Source: an uncultured Spartobacteria bacterium | Lineage (GTDB): Bacteria; Verrucomicrobiota; Verrucomicrobiia; Chthoniobacterales; UBA6821 | DNA: 44,440 nt | Reading direction: 5' to 3' | Assembly (NCBI GenBank): GCA_903933015.1 | Contig: CAIZIQ010000319.1 | Coordinates: 1 to 44,440 of the forward strand | The notes under the pieces: model-generated | Told to the model about the DNA's origin: nothing | Databases searched by the model: none | The model's input: the letters and a program-made list of their open reading frames with translations, nothing else | In this document: one piece after another, positions 39,651-44,440 of the stretch | Layout: every line of letters begins with the position of its first letter | Numbering within the stretch: position 1 is the first letter of the stretch | Made by a program: the position numbers and the translations under genes

Positions 39651-40932
39651 CACTCCCTTCCGCCGTGATTTTACCGGCGAGCCTCGCAGCCTGAAGGATT
39701 CCGGCGGCCTTGTGGAGGGTTTCCTCCCATTCCTTTTCCGGAACTGAGTCGGCGGTGATTCCCGCCCCGACATGAAATTCGGCTTTTCCATCACGGATCA
39801 CCATGGTGCGGATGGCGATGTTGAACTGACTCTCACCATTGTAGCCGAAGTAGCCGATTGCTCCCGTAAAAAGTCCTCTGGGGCTCTGTTCGATTTCATG
39901 GATGATCTCGAGCGCCCTTTTTTTTGGTGCTCCTGATATCGAACCGCCGGGGAAACAGGCAGCCAGTGCAGCGACCTGAGAGATGTCTCTGCGGAGTTCT
40001 CCTTCCACCGTGGAGACGAGGTGAAAGACCTGAGCATAGCGTTCCAGATGAAGAAGTTCCGTGGCGGCCACACTCCCGAACTCGCAGACACTCCCGAGAT
40101 CATTCCGTTCCAGATCGGTGATCATCACCAACTCGGCGATCTCCTTGGGTGATGTTTTAAGCTCGAAGGCCTGACGCTCATCCTCACCGTGATCATGCCG
40201 CCGGGGTCGCGTCCCCTTGATGGGTCTGGTCGAGATCCTCCGACCGCTCATCTTGAGAAAGCATTCCGGGGAGCTGGAGAGAACGGTTTCATCACCCAGC
40301 CTCAGGTAGGCGGAGTGGGGGGCCGGTGAGGTCTCCCGTAGTGCAAGATAGAGCGGCCATGGATCTCCTTGGAAAGCTGCGGAAAAGCGGTGTGCCAGAC
40401 AGACCTGATAAATGTCGCCTGCCGCCACGTACTCCTGGGCCTGGCGCACCATCCGGATATAATCCTCGCGGGCCATCTCTGATCGGAAATCCAGCCTAGG
40501 ATTGAGTGGGGAGATGTTTGTTCCCTCAGGCTCCTGCTTGCCAGGGGCCGGGGAGGGAGTGATCCAGCCCTCCTCTGCGTGAAGATGGGGGTGATCGTAG
40601 AAGCCGAACCTATAGGATCCGTCGAATCGGAAGTAGCCGACAGCCGCTCCATCGGGGATGGCTGGGTCAGGAGAATCCCGCCGCCGCCGCTCCAGTTCCT
40701 GCTCCAGTAGGTGCCACTCGGAGGCATCGCCTTCGAGGATCCTGTCCGGCTCGGCTGCCAGCAAGGAAAGCCCCTTTTGTTCCTCGGAGGAGGAATCGAG
40801 CCAGACAAATCCCGGGTTGCGCCGCTGGCATGATGCGAATGCTAGCGGCGTGGGGTGTGTGCTTTTCTTCTCCAGAATCTGGTTGCCAGGATCGATCATG
40901 AAATGATGGAGCCTTCCGGCACCACTTGCCAT
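39634..40932 (-). CDS. pabB: Aminodeoxychorismate synthase component I (chorismate-binding enzyme family)
   Basis: FPGGSISGAPKKRALEIIHEIEQSPRGLFTGAIGYFGYNGESQFNIAIRTMV is typical of PabB/TrpE-family enzymes, and the length fits PabB. The start is uncertain (40932, 40977 or 40899); 41091 would overlap the divergent gene. Confidence 0.7.
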   Translation of the reverse strand: MASGAGRLHHFMIDPGNQILEKKSTHPTPLAFASCQRRNPGFVWLDSSSEEQKGLSLLAAEPDRILEGDASEWHLLEQELERRRRDSPDPAIPDGAAVGYFRFDGSYRFGFYDHPHLHAEEGWITPSPAPGKQEPEGTNISPLNPRLDFRSEMAREDYIRMVRQAQEYVAAGDIYQVCLAHRFSAAFQGDPWPLYLALRETSPAPHSAYLRLGDETVLSSSPECFLKMSGRRISTRPIKGTRPRRHDHGEDERQAFELKTSPKEIAELVMITDLERNDLGSVCEFGSVAATELLHLERYAQVFHLVSTVEGELRRDISQVAALAACFPGGSISGAPKKRALEIIHEIEQSPRGLFTGAIGYFGYNGESQFNIAIRTMVIRDGKAEFHVGAGITADSVPEKEWEETLHKAAGILQAARLAGKITAEGSGAQRR

Positions 40933-41001
40933 CACCGCCCATTTTTGGTTCCTTGGCAAGGTCGGTGCTTTTCCCATTGTGAAGACCCGTTGCCAAACCT
41001 T

Positions 41002-41784
41002 ATGAAAATCCGTTCTCTCGCCCCCCTGTCGCTCCTGTCTCTCTTTGCGATAGGAACTCTCTTTACGCGTTCTCTCGACGCGCAGGACCAAGCCTCTTCA
41101 AACGCTCCTGCGCCCCTTCAGCTTCAGGAGAATCCTGTCCCTCCAGCGCCAAGCCCCCAAGCAACCACCGCTCCTGATGCCGCCGCCAACTCGAATGCCC
41201 CCGCAGCATCCCCCAACACTTCGGCTCCCACCGACCCATCGGCTCCCGCCCCTGATTCCGGACTTGGTTCACCCGGTCAGAACCCTCCTCCGAGCGACCC
41301 GAATTCCCTGATCCCGCCTCCCGTCGCTCCCCAACAACCCTCGCCGATCAACTCTGTCGGCAACGAGGAGAAGCAGCGTCAGGAGCAGAAGGCCCGCTAC
41401 TACTCGGTCAAGGTGAAGGCGGACAAGGATGACGACCTCGTTGAACTTCAGGGCAAGGCCGACAAGGCCAAGAGCGACGAGTCCAAGCGGCAGGCCCTCC
41501 GCCAGTACTACGATCTGCTCGCGAAGCGGATGAAGAAGATCGATCCCTCACTCTCGGAGTGGATCGACACCATGCATTCCGCTTACCTGCGCCGTCTCGA
41601 GCAGGTTCGCGTCGAGCCCACGATTCCGGTCAATCCGCCTCCCGTCCCCGAGAGTGCAGCCTCGGCAACACCATCACCCTCCCCCTCAGGGACTCCGGGC
41701 CATCACAAGAGGAAGAAACCTGCGGCTGACGCGGAGGCTTCTCCCGCGCCCAAGAAAAAATCCTCGTCTTCCAACGACAATTAA
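41002..41784 (+). CDS. Hypothetical secreted protein: Pro/Ala/Ser-rich region, charged helical core, basic tail
   Basis: ATG 41002 gives signal peptide MKIRSLAPLSLLSLFAIGTLF. About 110 aa are P/A/S/N-rich, followed by a K/E/D-rich helical segment and a C-terminal KRKKP...KKKSSSSNDN. Confidence 0.5.
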   Translation: MKIRSLAPLSLLSLFAIGTLFTRSLDAQDQASSNAPAPLQLQENPVPPAPSPQATTAPDAAANSNAPAASPNTSAPTDPSAPAPDSGLGSPGQNPPPSDPNSLIPPPVAPQQPSPINSVGNEEKQRQEQKARYYSVKVKADKDDDLVELQGKADKAKSDESKRQALRQYYDLLAKRMKKIDPSLSEWIDTMHSAYLRRLEQVRVEPTIPVNPPPVPESAASATPSPSPSGTPGHHKRKKPAADAEASPAPKKKSSSSNDN

Positions 41785-41811
41785 ATCAGGCGACCGCCTG
41801 ACCTTGTTCGC

Positions 41812-43071
41812 ATGATGCAGGAGACGCTCTGCCTGCTGATGAAATGTTTTCTGGAGTTCGTTCTCCTTCCCACGCTGGGGCTTTGCTTTCTGCATGCTCT
41901 CGTGAATATGCGACTCCTGCACCGGCTTAGACCATCGCCGGTTCGGGATCTCGCGTCACAGGATGTTTCCGTACTGGTTCCCGCGCGCAATGAGGAACGC
42001 CGGATTCGAGACTGTCTTGCTTCCTTGATTGCTCAGGAACCGCCCGTACGGGAGATCCTGCTTCTGAATGACCGTTCGGATGACAGGACCGAGGAGATTG
42101 CCCGTGAGCTGGGATTCCGTGAAGAGGTCGGGAGTCGGCTGCGCCTGGTCCAAGGCGAGGAGTTGCCCCCGGGCTGGGTCGGCAAGAACTGGGCTTGCCA
42201 TCAGCTTTCCCGTTCGGTCGATGTCCGAAGCACGCACCTTCTCTTTACCGATGCGGACACGGTTCACTCGCCGGGTTGCGCCCGGACGGCACTCGCGCAT
42301 GCTGGTGCCGTCAGAGCCGATCTGCTGTCGCTCTGGCCCGATCAGATCACCGGCACCTGGTCGGAGAAAATCTTTATCCCGCTTGGCTACCTGCTCTTCA
42401 TGGCTTTTCAACCCTTCCCTCTCCTTGCGTGGCTGCAGGCTGATCCCAGACGCGTCAAGCGCTTTGGGATCTCGCAGTCGAGTCTTGCCCAGTTGGGCGC
42501 GGCCAACGGACAGTTCCTGCTCTTCCGTCGGGAGGCGTACCTGGCGCTTGGTGGTCATGAGGCGCTGCGCGACCATCTCGTCGAGGATATCGCTTTTGGA
42601 CGACGCGTGGCCTCCCGCACTGGCGAGGGGATGAGGCTCGTGAACGCCGACGGGATAAAACTTCTCAAGTGCAGGATGTATTCCGGCTTGTCGGATCTCT
42701 GGGAGGGATTTTCCAAAAATCTGCGCCCCGTGTTCGAGGAGTCGCATGTTGGATTCCTTCTCTTCGGAGCCGTGATATTCTCTCTTTTTCTCCTCCCTTT
42801 CCTGCTCCTTGCAGCGGCTTTTCTGGGATTTATCTCACTCCTCTGGCTGTCATTGCTGGCAGTGGCACTGATTCTCCTGCTCCGGGCGCTTCTCACGATC
42901 CGCTTTCGGACCTCATGGCTTAGTTGGGTCGCTCACCCTTTTGGTATCGTCATGGCTATCCTCCTTTCACTGAATAGTTGGAGGCTATGTCGCTCGAATT
43001 CCGTGAGCTGGAAGGGGCGATTCTACTCGGGCACGACACGCAGTTCCCTTGAACTCCCTCCGGAGCACTGA
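41812..43071 (+). CDS. Membrane-bound family 2 glycosyltransferase
   Basis: VSVLVPARNEERRI, LNDRSDDRT and FTDADTV (DxD) motifs, flanked by an N-terminal TM segment and several C-terminal TM segments. Confidence 0.75.
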   Translation: MMQETLCLLMKCFLEFVLLPTLGLCFLHALVNMRLLHRLRPSPVRDLASQDVSVLVPARNEERRIRDCLASLIAQEPPVREILLLNDRSDDRTEEIARELGFREEVGSRLRLVQGEELPPGWVGKNWACHQLSRSVDVRSTHLLFTDADTVHSPGCARTALAHAGAVRADLLSLWPDQITGTWSEKIFIPLGYLLFMAFQPFPLLAWLQADPRRVKRFGISQSSLAQLGAANGQFLLFRREAYLALGGHEALRDHLVEDIAFGRRVASRTGEGMRLVNADGIKLLKCRMYSGLSDLWEGFSKNLRPVFEESHVGFLLFGAVIFSLFLLPFLLLAAAFLGFISLLWLSLLAVALILLLRALLTIRFRTSWLSWVAHPFGIVMAILLSLNSWRLCRSNSVSWKGRFYSGTTRSSLELPPEH

Positions 43072-43101
43072 TAATGATCGGCTCTTTAACTCCAAACAGA
43101 C

Positions 43102-44202
43102 ATGTCCATCCTCACACTCCGTCCCGCTGACAAATGCCGCTATGATGAGATCTCCATGGGAGAGGTCATGCTCCGTCTCTGCCCCGGAGAGGGCCGCATC
43201 AAGACGACGCGTTCCTTCAAGGCCTCCGAGGGCGGTGGCGAATACAACGTCGCCCGCGGCCTCCGTCGTTGCTTTGGACTCCGCACGGCACTCCTGAGCG
43301 CCTTTGCCGAAAACGAAGTTGGAAGGCTGATCGAGGATCTCATTCTCCAGGGCGGCGTCGACGACACCTTTGTGAAGTGGGTGCCCTATGATGGCATCGG
43401 CCGCACCGTCCGCAACGGACTCAACTTCACCGAGCGTGGCTTCGGAGTGCGTGGAGCCGTCGGTGTTTCGGACCGCGGCATCACCGCCGCTTCGCAGATC
43501 AAGCCGACAGACTTCGACTGGGATCACATCTTCGGCACGCTGGGATCCCGTTGGTTTCACACAGGCGGCATCTTTGCCGCGTTAAGCGAGAGCACGGCCG
43601 AGACGGTCATCGCGGCGACCGAGGCGGCACATCGCCACGGAGTCATCGTCTCCTACGATCTGAACTATCGCCCTTCGCTCTGGAAGGCGATCGGAGGCAA
43701 GGAGAAGGCGCAGGCTGTCAACAAGCACATTGCCAAGAACGTCGATGTCATGATCGGGAATGAGGAGGACTTCACCGCCTGCCTCGGGCTCGAGGTCAAG
43801 GGTGCCGACCACAACCTGACGAATCTAGAGATGGATAGCTTCAAGGCGATGATCGGCGAGGCCGCAAAGGCCTATCCCAACTTCAAGGTCGTCGCCACGA
43901 CGATGCGCGGGGTAAAGACCGCCACCATCAACGACTGGGGGGCCATCTGCTGGGCGGGCGGCAAGTTCTACGAATCGACCCACTATCCCGACCTCGAGAT
44001 CATGGACCGCGTCGGCGGGGGTGACAGCTTTGCTTCCGGCCTCATCTACGGCTTCCTCACCACCGACGATCCCCAGATCGCGGTCAACTTGGGTGCTGCC
44101 CACGGCGCCCTCGCGATGACCACCCCCGGCGACACCTCGATGGCCTCCCTTGCGGAGGTGAAGAAGCTGGCGGGCGGAGGCGGAGCCCGGGTGGATCGGT
44201 GA
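43102..44202 (+). CDS. PfkB-family sugar kinase (2-dehydro-3-deoxygluconokinase-like)
   Basis: GEVMLRL, GGGEYNVARGL and the C-terminal DRVGGGDSFASGLIYG ATP/anion-hole motif. Confidence 0.8.
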   Translation: MSILTLRPADKCRYDEISMGEVMLRLCPGEGRIKTTRSFKASEGGGEYNVARGLRRCFGLRTALLSAFAENEVGRLIEDLILQGGVDDTFVKWVPYDGIGRTVRNGLNFTERGFGVRGAVGVSDRGITAASQIKPTDFDWDHIFGTLGSRWFHTGGIFAALSESTAETVIAATEAAHRHGVIVSYDLNYRPSLWKAIGGKEKAQAVNKHIAKNVDVMIGNEEDFTACLGLEVKGADHNLTNLEMDSFKAMIGEAAKAYPNFKVVATTMRGVKTATINDWGAICWAGGKFYESTHYPDLEIMDRVGGGDSFASGLIYGFLTTDDPQIAVNLGAAHGALAMTTPGDTSMASLAEVKKLAGGGGARVDR

Positions 44203-44285
44203 TTTTGGCGCAGGAGTTCGTTGCCGCTCGTACAGCGTAGGTTCACTACGCTCTCCCTCGCGCGCCTGCTCCTGCATCCAAAATC
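44201..44285 (+). repeat. Structured intergenic repeat, family A copy 2
   Basis: GATTTTGG/CCAAAATC closing stem, GCAGGAG/CTCCTGC second stem, and hairpin GCGTAG-GTTCA-CTACGC followed by TCTCCCT. It starts within the kinase stop codon. Confidence 0.7.
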
Positions 44286-44311
44286 CCTCGATCACCTAAT
44301 TACAGAACGTC

Positions 44312-44342
44312 TCGCGCCGAAAGCGGCGCGGTGCTTTTCGTT
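44312..44342 (+). terminator. Rho-independent terminator downstream of the sugar kinase and repeat A
   Basis: TCGCGCCG-AAAG-CGGCGCG followed by GTGCTTTTCGTT. Confidence 0.65.
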
Positions 44343-44440
44343 CTAGGCGTTCTGAGCCTTCGCTTCATTCCAGACATGATGGCAACTGTTGCATTTCCAT
44401 CGTGACTTAGAAAAAAGCAGGGGAAATTTCATAAGCATTA

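Noticed and set aside
44343-44432. 29-codon minus-strand ORF MKFPLLFSKSRWKCNSCHHVWNEAKAQNA at the window edge
   Set aside because: It is very short, has no supporting context and sits close to the window end. It cannot be evaluated.

Overview
This is a GC-rich (about 60% by eye), densely packed 44.4-kb chromosomal core segment. I call about 45 protein genes, one tRNA-Arg(ACG) and one SAM-I riboswitch. I saw no rRNA, CRISPR array, transposase, integrase, prophage or recognisable defence gene.

Gene order, left to right:
- queE fragment, then a membrane zinc-ribbon protein
- S11 DD-carboxypeptidase, pfkA, apt, a PAP2 phosphatase, a second (lipoprotein) DD-carboxypeptidase and a thioredoxin-fold protein
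- kdsA-lptC-lptA-lptB-hprK-ptsH
- exbB-exbD-tonB-like plus a 77-aa membrane zinc-ribbon ORF, all joined by ATGA start/stop overlaps
- a 344-bp gene-free gap
- nfo, nadE, and fur followed by a palindromic Fur-box-like operator and a fused feoAB
- hom-thrC-lysC
- a purple-acid-phosphatase-like metallophosphoesterase with autotransporter-associated beta-strand repeats
- rplQ-rpoA, detached from the usual ribosomal-protein cluster
- a type II glutamine synthetase with a near-consensus sigma-54 promoter
- a mini-kinase/PP2C fusion protein
- a SAM-riboswitch-controlled string: ThrC paralogue, a MoaD/ThiS-like carrier ending in Gly-Gly, a stand-alone NIL protein and rpiB
- tRNA-Arg, an MqnD-like gene, pyrD and mnmE
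- a Trp-rich orphan secreted protein
- aroA, tyrA and a small lipoprotein
- an RRM protein with a GGGGGGGYR repeat tail
- pabB, a Pro-rich secreted protein, a membrane GT2 and a PfkB sugar kinase

At least four families of structured intergenic repeats are interspersed among these genes. The gene content is what I would expect from a PVC-group (Verrucomicrobiota-like) genome, but that is inference only.

I found no clear novel multi-gene system such as a defence island. The best candidates for a second look are:
- the riboswitch-controlled sulfur-carrier operon with its NIL protein
- the kinase-like/PP2C fusion next to the glnII control region
- the four-gene Ton-like module
- the covarying family A repeat, which may be a structured RNA
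- the Trp-rich orphan protein
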